64,000 nucleotides of DNA from Trichinella spiralis. Taxonomy: Eukaryota. The stretch lies in NCBI RefSeq assembly GCF_000181795.1, contig NW_003526943.1:7647566-7711565 (forward strand), in the 5' to 3' direction. The translations under genes and the position numbers were made by a program. The notes under the pieces are model-generated. The model did no database searches and had not been told where the DNA came from. It saw only the letters and a list, made by a program, of their open reading frames with translations. Of the stretch, positions 51,331 to 64,000 are shown one piece after another; position 1 is the stretch's first letter, and each line of letters opens with the position of its first letter.

Positions 51331-54197
51331 TTATTCTCTTCGCTTTTTCTTTGACGAATTCTTTCCAGCACGCTGTAATTTTGCAAATCCATCATTAGCG
51401 GTAGCAACATCACCAAATACACTTTTAGTAACTGTGGAAGTTGTGCTTTCCTGGTTCACTGCTCTGAAATTGTTCCAAATAACAATCAAATTTTGATAAA
51501 TCAAAAATCATGCATCACGACAATCACAATTGTCAAATTTGAATATAAAACCAGCAAAAAAATCGAAACTAATTACTGGTTTGGAATATTAAATTTTGGA
51601 CGCTTCTTTTTGTTCTCAATTTCAGAAATTGAATCCTCCTCTTCAACACTACTTGTTGACCCGAACGAACAATGATAAGCATCTTCATCACCACTGTTCA
51701 CCGGGTTCCGTCGTCGTTTGCACTTGCCGCCTGTATCTTGAACACTGTTTAACATGTTTGATAAATCATTTTCATGAATTTGCTTATTCTCCAATATGTT
51801 CTTCCTTAAATGATAATTCTTCATTACGTTAAAATATATGAACATTTTTTTAATTACACTTTTCAAAATTTAAATTTTATGATATATATAATTTTAAAAG
51901 AACAATATACTGAGCAATAATTTTTATTATATTTTCCATTAAAATAATAAAAATTCAATTAAACAAATGATATATATATGTGCGTATATGTATGTATAGG
52001 CAACAAATGTTGCTCTTCAAAAATTTTTTCCAGAAAACATAAGTACAATTCTTTTTTCAGTTGAAAGCTTAAAAATTAATTAAATAAAATTGTAATAAAT
52101 CAAAAAATTAATAACTGCTTTTTTTAATTTTTCAAAGCAAATAAAAAATTTAAACTCAGAAAAATCTTATCAATATTTGCTGTTTGTTTGAACAAATGAG
52201 CAGTCAATTGAGAAGAAAGTGAATAAAGAAGCCGAGTGAATATAGAAATATCAGTGTGAAAAGGTTACCGAAATAATTGAGTATTCGAAAATCAATAAAA
52301 TTATTGTAATTTAAAGGTTAAAAATGAAAAAGTTTTTGCACTTTGAATGAATTACAAATAAATTAAAAGAAAATAATTAATGCTATTAAGTAATTCATCA
52401 AAAATCTATCTTGTCACTTATAATTTTTTTTAAGTTGAAATGGTCAATTTTTAAAGTAACGCTAGTATTTTAAACACGAATAATATTCTATTTAAGAAAA
52501 TATTATTTAAAAAGCATAATTTATGCCATTTCTCAATAAAAAAATTTCTAATGCTCAAACTTACGTATTGTTACGTTTCCGACAATTATCACATAACCAA
52601 TAACAGGCAGCGTCATTTTTAGAATAGCATGGATATGGCGGTTTCATGCACCTTCAACAAACAACCAACATCAAGTAATTAACATCAAATTAATAATAAG
52701 AATAAATATAGAAAACAAACTCACAACATATGATAAAGTCTCTCACAACTGAAGCATTGCAAATCTGGCGTGTATTTGCTTGTTGTTTCGTGACACGCTG
52801 CACATTCCGTAACCGATTCAGACGAACCTTGATCGCCTTAAACAGAAGAGCATTAAAAAAATAAAAAAACAATAAAAAATTATGCAAACCTAATTCATGT
52901 GGATAAATCACATTTTCAAAATTGGCTATTGTCAGTAGACTGCACAGTTTTAGCAGTTTTAATTCTTCTGGACGAACATACTTTTTTATTTCGGCCTAAA
53001 AACAGCGTAGACGTCAAAATAAAGCAAGTAAAAAATTTGTGCAAACAAACAATTTACTTCAGCTTGATCAACACTTTGACTGATGCCTATTAAGCGGTTT
53101 TTTAAACTTTTCTCGGCCAATTTCATTTCAGCAATATAATTGGCAAAATCGGATGTCATGCTCATCTGAACTGGTTGCTTAAATGAATCCAGATTAATCA
53201 GACTAGCAGCATAATTATCATCCCATTGCTGTTCAGTCATATCGGTCAAAGCGATCGACTTGTATTTCATCAAAGCTGTTGCGTGGGCACTAGAAGTAAT
53301 CGGCCTTTGAATAACTTCCGCGTCACTACTGTCGCTAATTTGAAGCTTAAATTTCTTCTTCAAATAAGCTTTGTAAACTTTTGAAGCCTGATTACAGGCC
53401 AAAGTAGTGCGCTCGTCTGCAGTTCGAGCAAAATAAAGCCTATCAACTGCTCCAGCCAATGCACTGTGAATAATTCGTGTGCTTTTACCTTCCGATGAGC
53501 AATGGCTTAAACAATGAATATCTGAATAATTGCCAAATTCAACTATCCCAAAACGGCTTGCACAGCTGGCGTGAAATGACTCCTTACACAATTGCACCAC
53601 ACATTTGATAGTGGCGCCGGATACAGACTCGCTAATTTTAGAACATAAACTACAACGAGCATCGAGAAAGGTGCTCCTCACTCTGTTCAACGAGACCGGC
53701 CAAGACAACGTCTCCGACTTGTCGTGCACCAAAGGGTTACAAAGGGCACAAACCGCATGGACCCATTTCATTTGGGTTGTCAGTACAAACGCTCCTTCGC
53801 CCTGGGTTGGGCACAATTCACAAAAGAGCATCTTTCGATTAACACGCAACAAACATGGTTCGCAGAACCACATTTTATCTCCACTTGCAGTTTGCCAACG
53901 CCGACATCTTTCCTTTCCATAGCAACGTTGGTGCACCCCCAGACCGCACATTGAACAAGTGCGAAACACTCCATCCGATTTAAGCTCTAAACAGATGTTG
54001 CACACTTGGTACGGTAGATCAACTTGCAAGCCATTTTCAATGTGCTTCAACATGATATCAGTCAACATTCGAGGTATTTCAGATTTAGCAAGCTCTACAA
54101 CATCAGTATCAGATAAAACAAATTTCAATAACCCTTAAAAATACTTACTGGAAGAATTCATCACTCCGATTAGCTCATCTATCACTGTATCAGACAT
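51331..54197 (-). CDS. PHD finger protein, PHF14-like (PZP module plus an extra PHD)
   Basis: VCNIC..CSMCGLGVHQRCYG..WFCEPC; CELCP..GAF..WVHAVCAL; CSLC..KCVVQLCKESFHASCA..CLSH; spliced third PHD CAAC..CFSCERLYHML|CMKPP..YWLCDNC. ATG 54197 with a 54-nt first intron; basic C-terminus, stop 51331. Confidence 0.8.
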
Positions 54198-55156
54198 GGC
54201 TGATTTAATAATATGCGATGCAAAATCCTTTGTTAAATGAACTAAAACGTACTATGACTACTAAAGTATACTGATTGTCAAGTTAGATGTTTTATCTGCC
54301 TTTTGTCGCTATTTGAAAAACGTTTTTATTGCATAACAATATTTCAATTTAAAATTTAATTAAATAACTCGTTAACTTTTACTTTAAAAAACAAATGAAA
54401 ATGTTTTTCTAATAATTTTGATTAGTAAAAAGTTGTTTTTAACTATGCTACATTAAACTCGCAATAAATGAAAATTATAACAGTGAAATATCTTTAATAA
54501 AAAACTTTCAGCTTAGACATTTTCAAAAAAAAACAATGTTATGTTTTTCAGTCATTATTATTTGAAGATTAAATTCAATATAGTATTTGTAAAGAATTTT
54601 TCGCGACATCTCGATTTGCCCATAAAAAATGAGCAATGGCTTCGTCACTTTCTACTTTTTCGCATTACTAGAATAAAAATATTTAATTGTAATTTTTTAT
54701 TTAAACTTTTGATCATTTTTCAGCACACAAAATAACATTTTTAAACAATGAAAAGTGTTCATAGTTTCCATTGAAAAAAGTCATAGATACAGGTGCTTGT
54801 CCTTTATCATTAATGAACCTAATCTTGAATTAAATATGTGTTACTTTTCAACAAATTCTTAAAATCAGAATTCCGTATTATGAATATAAAAGACTTGGTA
54901 ATGTCATCAACAATGAACAGTAAGTCAAAATGTGTAACAAATTTCCAAAAATGGATGCACAAAATTTTGTTTATTCAAAATTAAAAGTAGTACCGATAAA
55001 TAAAAAACAAATGTTATGTGCAAGAGTATATATATTGGTCGACACACAAACATCACATTTTTCAAAAATTAAAAATTTTCAAAAATAATAAAAACAATAA
55101 AACGATAGAATAAAGGAAAGGTTCAAACATGGTAATGTTTATGATACGTACACAAA

Positions 55157-55830
55157 TTACACTGCGCAATGGTAAAATTCATAATTATAAAAAATCTTCA
55201 ATTTTCATCTTGCTTCCTTTCAGAAAACGAATAAAATTCTTGTCACTGTTTTCCTAAAATCATTAACGATTAAACAAATCATATTAAATGATACAATAAA
55301 AACAATACTTGCCTCGATAATAGGTTTCATTTTTTCAACATATTCATTTTTATAATTTTCCTTTAATTCATGAAGTTTTTCTGCTAATTCGTCTTTGACC
55401 TTATTCTTTAAAAATCGAAGTAGTTCTAAAAAGAAGCAAATGTATATACGTTCACTTATCTATATAATCTGCCGGTTTGAGTAAAATATACATTACCATT
55501 TTCCACAGGTTGATGAGATATCGGTTCCGGTTCTGGTGCTGCTTTCGGTTTCGGTACTGTTTTAGGTTTCGGTGCTGCTTTAGGTTTCGGTGCTACTTTA
55601 GGTTTCGGTGCTGCTTTAGATTTCGGTACTACTTTCGGTTTCGGTGCTGCTTTGGGTTTCGGTGCTGCTTTGGGTTTCGGTGCAGCTTTGGGCTTCGGTG
55701 CTGCTTTGGGATTCGGTGCCGCTTTGGGTTTCGGTGCTGCTTCGGGTTTCGGTGCTGCTTCAGATTTCGGTGCTGCTTTTGATTTCGGTGCTACTTGCGG
55801 TTCAGATTTCGTTCTTCCTCTTTTAACCAT
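55157..55830 (-). CDS. Lys/Pro/Ala-rich repeat protein (PKAAPK)n; exon structure uncertain
   Basis: ORF MVKRGRTKSEP..(PKAAPK)x~15..EPEPISHQPVEN; candidate downstream exons 55425-55313 and 55253-55157 are open in one frame, but the joining phase to the repeat exon is unresolved. Confidence 0.55.
55528..55805. repeat. 18-bp coding minisatellite, about 15 copies
   Basis: Unit ttcggtgctgctttRggt repeated with no frame-breaking indels. Confidence 0.9.
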
Positions 55831-57193
55831 AATTAATAAAAAGCTATAGATCTAAAGGTGAAATGCCACATCAACACAAATATTAAAAAACAAAAATGCA
55901 AAAATTGGAGCAGACATCACATAAATAGGCTAATACTGGTAAAATCAGTTCAGTAAAAATTCACCTTGTTCAATGGTACACTAAAAGTGCTTTTAATCCG
56001 AATGCTTTCCTTTTCCAATTTCCTAAACGCTGCAATTCTGAATTCATATTAAAAATTCATGGAAAACTAATGCGCTACATTTTTTTATAAAAACAAAATT
56101 TAATAAGGACATAACTGAAAGGAAATTAAATTTTTTTAAATGATATCAGACTAAGAATTTTTTGATTAAAATCCAACTTCAAATACTATCGTATTAGTCA
56201 ATTAAGGATTTTCAGGTTTAACAGATAAAGTAGAACATAAAATTTAACTGTAATGAAAAATTAAAACGAAGTTTTTAATAAAAAGTAAAGAAATTTTTTA
56301 TTTTAAATTACCTACACTTTTATACTTATTAATTGTTTTTAAATTAAAATTGCATTAAAATGCACAAATAGTGTTGAAGAGGAGTAGATAGAACTGGAGT
56401 GACAGTATTCTAGTGCCTTGATTTTCAACGATTACGGGAGGTGCGGGTGTAGCAAGGTGTAGAATGTGTGATGGTTTTTGCTAGTGACTGGCAGATTTAG
56501 TGGTTTTGTGCCTTGCGGTTAGTCAGTTGTGTGCGAAAATACTTGGAGGTATTTGCGCCTCTGTTTGTGTTTTGCACTGAATAAACAATGCGAGCAATCA
56601 ACTGAGTTTTGTTGATGCACACTCGATTGTGCAAACGAGACAATCGCGAGCGGATAGTCAGAATTGCGTCTGACGGAAATAGAAATACGGTCCACTATAA
56701 CTGCGGATCAAGTTGCGCGTAAATTTCGTTTGCAACAAATAACATGCATATATTTCATCATGACGTCATCTTTTTGTACTATCCTGTTGTCTTTATTTTA
56801 CTGTCTGCAGTAATTTCTCATATGTCATTTTTTCTTGTAGCTTTATTTTAATTGTATTTTATGCTGATAGTATTGACAAGCGTTTATGAATTTTAATTAC
56901 ATCTTACATTATATAATAATAACAGTGATTTTAAATAAAATATGGAGAAACATTATTACTTTTCTATAATGTACTATACTATACTCAACAAGGATCGATA
57001 GGAAAATATTGAAATATATTTGAATTGATATGGCATTTGTAAATTTGCTGTTTTTGTAATGTGAACAGTTTTTTTATTTCAATACTGTTCATTTCATGTC
57101 CAATTCTTTTATATTACTTAGCAAAGTGTACAATTTTTAGTAATTCTTTAATTTTTTAATATGATGACCATAAGCAATGAAAACTAACTTTTA

Positions 57194-58136
57194 AGGGGGA
57201 ACTTCGATTATCCGAAATTTTGAAGATTTGGAGGGTCGTTCGGATAACCGAATTTTCGGATAATCGGACGTTTGCAATTTTTTAAAATGTATGTATATAA
57301 TTGAAACGTTTATAGCTGTCATTTATAATGAGACACGAAACAGTAGACATCCCGTTGTGCGATGTTATTTGCCCTTTACTCGCTTAAATTGTATGCAGTG
57401 TTTATTATCTTAGTCGATTATGTATTCTTCATCGCTACATTCAAAAAGGATCACGTTTAGTTTGTGTCATCAGTAATAAAGTTTCTGTTTGAACGAAGAA
57501 AGCAACTTCTGTGCAGTGACATCGCGAATATGTCTCATTAGCATCAGCCCAGTAGTGCTGAATTTTTTCTGTTGCTCCATCCACTTCAAGCCGAATTTGA
57601 AGGAAGAATGGCTCAGCTCTTCATTTGGCTTATAAGACACATCGTCGTCTTCATTTTCATCTTTTTCCACTACTTCGAATATTTCGTCGTCAGTTAATGT
57701 TTCACATAATGGGGTATTATCCACGGTTAGCAAGTGTTCGACTTCGTTCTATGATAACACAGGATTTGTGAACATTTCTAGCGCTGAATCAAGCGCGTTG
57801 TTTAACGCTTTTTTCATCAGTTTTCGTGAAGAACAGCTACTCGAAGTATCCATGTACGACACAAAGTTAGCTGACGTCGACTGCGATAGATATCTGAAAC
57901 TGTGGACAGACCCACACCTAAACTCTCAACGATTTTCCTCAGCGACTCACCCCTCTTAACTAGTCTACACAATTCTAGTTTTTGCTCTAAACTGAAAACC
58001 TTTCTCTTTCTCGTAGTAAACATACCGTTGATTAAAAAATTAGCCAACAACAGAATGTTACAGTATTAGTGAAATGCAGGTTGGCTGACCAAAAAGTGTT
58101 CGGATAATCGAGTAACGGATAATCAGAGTTTCACTG
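57194..58136 (-). mobile_element. Internally deleted pogo/Tigger (CENP-B/Jerky-like) DNA transposon
   Basis: Right TIR CAGTGAAACTCTGATTATCCG, degenerate left TIR ..GAACTTCGATTATCCG, TA on both flanks. HTH RKRKVFSLEQKLELCRLVKRGESLRKIVESLGVGLSTVSDI is joined to the C-terminal LTDDEIFE..GLKWMEQQ..KQK segment; the DDE domain is absent. Confidence 0.85.
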
Positions 58137-61100
58137 TAATTGCAAGATTGAAAACTCCTTTCTTTTTCTTAATGTCAGAGCATTACAGGTCTAAAGAGAA
58201 TTAAAGTATAGCAAAATTTTAATTATTGTGCATATTTTATTAAATGTTTTCAATTACTAATCTTTTGATTTCTTTTAATTTGATTTTAATGCGTTTTAAT
58301 TTTAGCTTCAACTCTGTACTTTGTACTACAAGGAATTAATTAAGAATTAATTCTAATAAACAAAAGGATTTTTACATGTGCTATTTCTTTATTCAATATG
58401 AAATGAAAAAACTGAAGAGAATAAGAAAATTATTTTTTGTTGTTTTTTGTTTTCGGGCTGTACACTTTTTATATGACATAACTGTGTAATACATAAATAA
58501 TATAATTAATATAGTTTAAACTTTATTATTTATAAAATATGGCAAATATTTCATTTGGAATTTCAGCAGCCATAAATCTCACATTTCTAAGGTTACGGTT
58601 TATTTATATTGTCAACAGCAGAAACTGTTATAAAACATTTTTTAAATTTCTGGTCCATGTTTGTGATAAAAGTGAGCAAGATTGCTTTTCTAAAATCAAC
58701 TTAAGTCAAAATAAGTGCATTCGTTTGCATTGAGATTGAAGCATATAATTAAGAGACATAGTCATACAGATATGACTTGTAAAATTTGCAAATATTATTT
58801 AAATTTATGTGGCTCACATTTTCAAAATCTTTATCAGAAAAATCCAGATCAGGGGCAAACTTGAAGCCCTGTTTACCAAATAACAAGCAGCTTTGAATGT
58901 AATAATTGAATTACTTTGATCAGAAATTCATTACACGCACTAACAAGCATTCACTTACAAATAAACTAATTTATCCAGCTTAATTTGCCTCAGTAAGCAA
59001 TTTTTCAGCTATTTTGATTTATATTGTTGCATGAAGATGGTAAAGAGGTTTGTAAAAATTGCAAATTAATATTCTATTCTCAAGTTTATTTACTTATCAG
59101 AAATGTAATATTATATGAGACTGCGAATATTATATTAAAAGAAACTCATATCACTCTAAACTAACTAATTTTGATTGCAACAAACAGGAAAATATCTTTA
59201 TTAATTAAAGTTCCTGTGGAGTACATTTGGATTTTAATTAAATTAAAAATTACATTAAGAGATAGCGATATATTTTCAATGAACTTCAAGAGTGTTGACA
59301 CCTGTGATTCTCATTTTAAATTTCTTTCATCTCCATTGTAAAACTCTGATTTTTATTGTGCCGAAATTCACTTCTTATTTTTAAATGCAAATTTGATATC
59401 TGAAACTTTGCATCATAAAGTAGTGCAATGAACATGTAAGACGGTAAAACTTTTTTTAATTTTTTAAAATCTGTTTAATACTAAAAATAAAATAATTTAA
59501 TTTACTTATGATATGTTACATTTTTAACTTCTTAAAATTTCATTCTGCTTACACTGTTATATTTTGATTTCAGTATTTTTTAATGAAGTGAAATTGAGTA
59601 AGTATACTTCATTGATATAATATTTTTAAACCCTAATTAAATTCATGATACATGTTGTTATTAAGATGTTAGAAAGACTGTTTTAACTGCTATCTGGAGA
59701 TTTTTAATGAAATTTGACGTTACTACTGACACGTTGAAGCCGTCTAAGTTATTAATGCATCTATTTCTTTGTTAATTTGATTTCACTGAATTTACAATCC
59801 TTATATAACTTATTATCATGAATATCTGGACACATTTTCCTTTCCTTCATATTATTTTGACGACCGATTTATGAAAATGATCTATATTAAACTATATGAT
59901 AAACTTTTCACTACATTTCAACTATATTATTTTATTGATTTTGTTTATGATAATTTACCCCCTATAGTTTATCACTCTGCTTTAGTTATCTTTATATCTT
60001 CTCTTCAGCTCATCTTGTAAAATTATTTTTTACTTTTTCGCTGATGTTATACATATGCATGTATCAATTTAACCCTTCATAAATAATGATAATAAATGAG
60101 TTACATACATATATGTATGTATATGCATATTTATTATTATTACTATATCATTATTAATATTATTTTGATATATTCATCAAATTATTCTATTTTATATTTT
60201 TAGGTTTTTTTAAAGCAAAATCAGATATTTAAATGCTTAATTTTGCCGTTTCATTATTTAATCATCATGTGATTTATATAATAGAATTTGCAGATTGTCA
60301 TCGTGCAGTAATCGATAAGCAAAAAATTTCAGGTAAACAACAGTTATTTTTATAAAATTAAGTAGATAAAAAGTACTGAACTATCAATGATCACAGTAAA
60401 GTAGAATGTATTAAAATATCAGTATATACAAATATCTTTCTACAAATATTAAAAATCAAAATTAGGTGAAATGGAAATTTTTTGATAAAAATTATATTGT
60501 TATGGAAAATATTAATGCCAAAAATGCTAAAAGCAGCTATTTTACTATCTGCTGTGAGAATCCGTTTTCTTAAATTAAGAAATGAATACTTAAAGTTACT
60601 GAGATTTTACTTGAAAAATGGCAAATATTCAATGATAGTTGAATATGTTGTACTTAAATCATGATTTTACAATCCGTCGTTGTATACAAATATTCAAAAT
60701 CTTATTTGGATTCACTTTGTTATTGAATGAATATATTGACAAATATTTTTAAATTTCACTATAAATTTTTACTTATAACGGGCATAATTTTACAAAATAT
60801 GTCATTTAATTATTTATTATGCATCATAATTTCACTAATGTACTAATATTCATTCAAAATTTAAGCATTAAAAAATTACTTGAATTAAAGATGTGAATTA
60901 ATATTTTATAAATATATTCAGAGTTTTGCTCTACTTTTTTGTGGAGCTCCTATTTTGCACTTTTATTTGATCTTATAGGTAATATATGCTTTACAGTGCC
61001 GAATTCAGAGTGATTATGATTTTGAGCTGAATGAATTATTGAAATTTATAAAAAGTAACCGTGACAACCATTCATGTAATTCATTTTATATAATGACAAT

Positions 61101-61304
61101 GATAATTTGCTTTCTGTAAAATTTTATTAAAAGAAAAAAGATATAAAGGCATGATTTTTAAGATGCAATTTTATTGTTGATGATTTTTAATAAGGTTATT
61201 TTTCATTCAATGAGATCTTTTGATTTTCGGACGCTCCATATATGATACAGCATAAAATTTATTTCAGACATTTGTACGGTAAAATTTTAATTAGAAAAAA
61301 TTGA

Positions 61305-62252
61305 ATGAAAATGGCTAATGATACCTTGCAGTCGATGCTGGTTGCGCATGAATCGGTGCTTGTCGAAAGTACATCTGCAGTAGTAGTACTGATAGGCGTG
61401 GTGATAATTGCCATCAGTTTACTTGGAGTTTTGGTGATACTCAAATCAAAAGAGCTTCGAAACATCCATTTTTTGACCATGTGCATTTTGTGCTTCAACG
61501 ACGCCGTGGGTGGTGCTAGTTCTGTTGAATTTGAAATTTGGCAAATATTTAGCGTCTACTTTATGCAAGGGACAGTCGAAATTGCTTACTGTTGCCAACG
61601 TTTATTTCTCCTGCATACGGTCCAGACGAACGACGTTATGTTGGTTGCCGTTCTATCCATAGAACGAACCGTTGCAATTTTTCAGCCATCATTCTACAGA
61701 AATGTTTCACCGTGGAAATTTCCAGTGCCACTTTTGTTTGCTGCATTCATGTTTTCATTGTCTATGTCCATAGTGATGGTCATCGACGGATTTCAGCAGA
61801 ACAGAAGTCTGATGCTCTGCGGCAGCGACGACTGTTGGTCTTCGACCATCACGTCCACTACGTTCCAATATTATTTTATTATAGTCAGTGTTGTTATATT
61901 GCTTTTCAACGGGATTTGCCTCGTCTATGTCAGTTGGAAAGCTCGTACCTATCGTAAACGCAATTTGTTGAACATCTTCCGTCTAAAGTACAAAGAAAGT
62001 GTACGCCTGATGAAAACGTTTGGCGCTATCATCGCCGTGATGCTCATCTTGCAGATTTTTGGACGACTGTTTCGCATAATTTCTTTGTCCACTGATAGTA
62101 TCCGGGTACGCTTCTCGCTTGGCAACGTATTTCGAGTGTTGAACAGCTTGTGTGCAATTAGCAACTTTTTCATCTTTTTACTAACTTCTGACAGTTTTCG
62201 CTTCACTCTCAGAAATATGTTCACCAATCACAGTGTTGTTGCACCTTTTTGA
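61305..62252 (+). CDS. Seven-TM rhodopsin-like GPCR / chemoreceptor-like protein with an intronless CDS
   Basis: 315-aa ORF with seven hydrophobic segments; ILKSKELRN, LCFND, LSIERTVAIFQP..Y and NFFIFLLTSDSFR motifs. Confidence 0.88.
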   Translation: MKMANDTLQSMLVAHESVLVESTSAVVVLIGVVIIAISLLGVLVILKSKELRNIHFLTMCILCFNDAVGGASSVEFEIWQIFSVYFMQGTVEIAYCCQRLFLLHTVQTNDVMLVAVLSIERTVAIFQPSFYRNVSPWKFPVPLLFAAFMFSLSMSIVMVIDGFQQNRSLMLCGSDDCWSSTITSTTFQYYFIIVSVVILLFNGICLVYVSWKARTYRKRNLLNIFRLKYKESVRLMKTFGAIIAVMLILQIFGRLFRIISLSTDSIRVRFSLGNVFRVLNSLCAISNFFIFLLTSDSFRFTLRNMFTNHSVVAPF

Positions 62253-62256
62253 TTTA

Positions 62257-62873
62257 CGGTCGAACTTGGTTAAGTACACATGGAATTTGGCAAGAATTTT
62301 CATGCACTTATCCACAGTTGGGAATTATGCTGAGTAATTGAAAGGGGAAATAACTTCACATTTACAAATAGGTTTGTTGTGAAAAAATGCCCATTTAATT
62401 TATGTACAATAGTCAGAAATGTAGGCTTGAATTATATTTTGTGGCACCAGCGTTACTAGCTGATCTTCATTTCACTTTAGATTTGTCTGATTTATGCTGT
62501 TTTTGTGAAAATATGACCAGATCCGCGACAACTTCCTTGTGAGAAACTTCCTGGAAAAGCAGTGGATGTTTTGACTTTGGCCTAGCTCACCTTGTCTGTG
62601 ATACGCGTGCTTATTACGATGTGGGGAGCATAGACTTTGCTGAGTATCAATAGTTGCTATGGCTCATAAACCTAAAGCGGCCTGGAACGCTCCTATTCTT
62701 CACTTAAGGGGTATATGCTGCGAACAGTAAATCCCTTGGAGCTCAGCAAAATGATGCACTTAACCAAGATGTGCACTTATCCATTATTTTATTATATAAT
62801 CAACTACAGGAAATTTTGTTAGCCCAAAATCTTGCTCACTTAAGGGAAATGTGCACTTAACCAAGTTCGACTG
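62257..62873. mobile_element. Non-autonomous TIR element (MITE, Tc1/pogo-type ends)
   Basis: 25-bp TIRs CGGTCGAACTTGGTTAAGTACACAT and (reverse complement) CAGTCGAACTTGGTTAAGTGCACAT; TA on the left, CA on the right; internal gcactta(a/t)cca repeats; no long ORF. Confidence 0.85.
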
Positions 62874-64000
62874 CACTTCTATTTTTCTCTTTTGCATAAA
62901 ATAAATTTTTTTTCTTATTTAGCATATGACAATATTTGATTTACATCACTTTTGCTCGAGGATGCTGGAATCAGGGTTTTTCCTTGCGTTCCATTATTGG
63001 CCTGAAATTTTTATTGGTTTTACTTATTCGTTCGCTCGAAGTGCTCTCAGCATGATTTGATCTCATGTGTATACCTTTTATTGACCCCTCTGAATCGAAA
63101 ATTTATTAGTCATTCATTTCCAATTGTGAATGGTAGCAATTCAATTGCATATATAATTGATCAAAATATTTTTATAATTCTTGGCAATATTAAGTTCTGT
63201 TTTTTTCATTATGAAATTAGCACAATTAAGCACTTAACTGATGTAATAACCTGCGATATTAAAACATCAGTAAATAGTTTTGATGGGATGTAGTGCCATC
63301 AATGTCGGCAGTAAATTATAGCTGTCAAATGATTTCTTTGACATATTCATATTCAACTAAACCATTTGACCTTAATCAAACTGAACACGAAAATAAACTT
63401 TGATTTAAATAAGAACATCATATCTTTTGTGGGTATTTATTTGAATCAAATTGAAATGCACAAACTAAGAATTTAATAAGTACTAAGTTAATTTAAATGA
63501 TAACATGTTTGCTATAAGTTGATACAGAAGCAAGAAAAGACTCAGTCAAGTTACTGTTCAATTCCGTACAAAAATCTGATAACCTCCTTAGCATAATTAA
63601 TTCTTCATTATTACGTAATGAAATTTCATATGCAAGCACACTACAAAAAATGGTGAAATTTACTGTGCAGCTGTGTGGTATTTATTACTACGAAAAACAA
63701 ACAAGCACCACAACAGCTGCGCTGATAATATGGAAAATGTTGCTTTTGTTATATTTTGATATGCAAGCTATCAAAAGAACAAATATTATGTAAATAAAAA
63801 AGAAACAATTACAAAGAAATGTTTCAGCAGATAAAACTGCTTTCGTGAAATTCACAATACCAGCTTGTTGCAATTTCTAATTATTAGTTTGATCAACCCT
63901 TGACTAGCATCATTAATACAAAATAATGTCAAAAGGGGATACTTTTATTCTCAACATAGTAAGAGTAATTTTTATTAAAAAAATTAAAATTTCATCTACT

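Noticed and set aside
55477..55849. Plus-strand ORFs with FRCCFG / GFGAAL repeats
   Set aside because: Antisense shadows of the 18-bp minisatellite; splice signals favour the minus strand.

Overview
AT-rich eukaryotic genomic DNA with short GT-AG introns (mostly about 50-100 nt) and two 10-N scaffold gaps (23766-23775, 36042-36051). Gene content and style suggest a nematode, possibly a clade I parasite such as Trichinella (inference, not proven). Left to right: the 3' end of a LASP/nebulin-SH3 gene, a small RVxF PP1-regulator-like ORF, a ~17 kb gene-poor stretch in which I found only a kinin-like (FYxWA-amide) neuropeptide precursor, a PWWP gene built from tandemly duplicated 78-nt exons, an NTF2/SnoaL-like gene, a very divergent non-alpha Cys-loop channel subunit, COX6C, a duplicated block with three tRNA-like elements around a decayed piggyBac transposase, a frameshifted REEP/YOP1 3' exon, the 3' end of a fidgetin-like AAA ATPase, PPM1D/Wip1, ARPC3 head-to-head with IFT172 (X-box promoter, intronic tRNA-Leu), a PHF14-like PZP/PHD gene, a PKAAPK-repeat protein, an internally deleted pogo/Tigger transposon, an intronless-CDS GPCR and a MITE inserted just after its stop codon. 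All calls come from manual translation and motif recognition; no database searches were run. I found no clearly new biological system; the strongest candidates for follow-up are the exon array, the tRNA-like repeats and the atypical channel.
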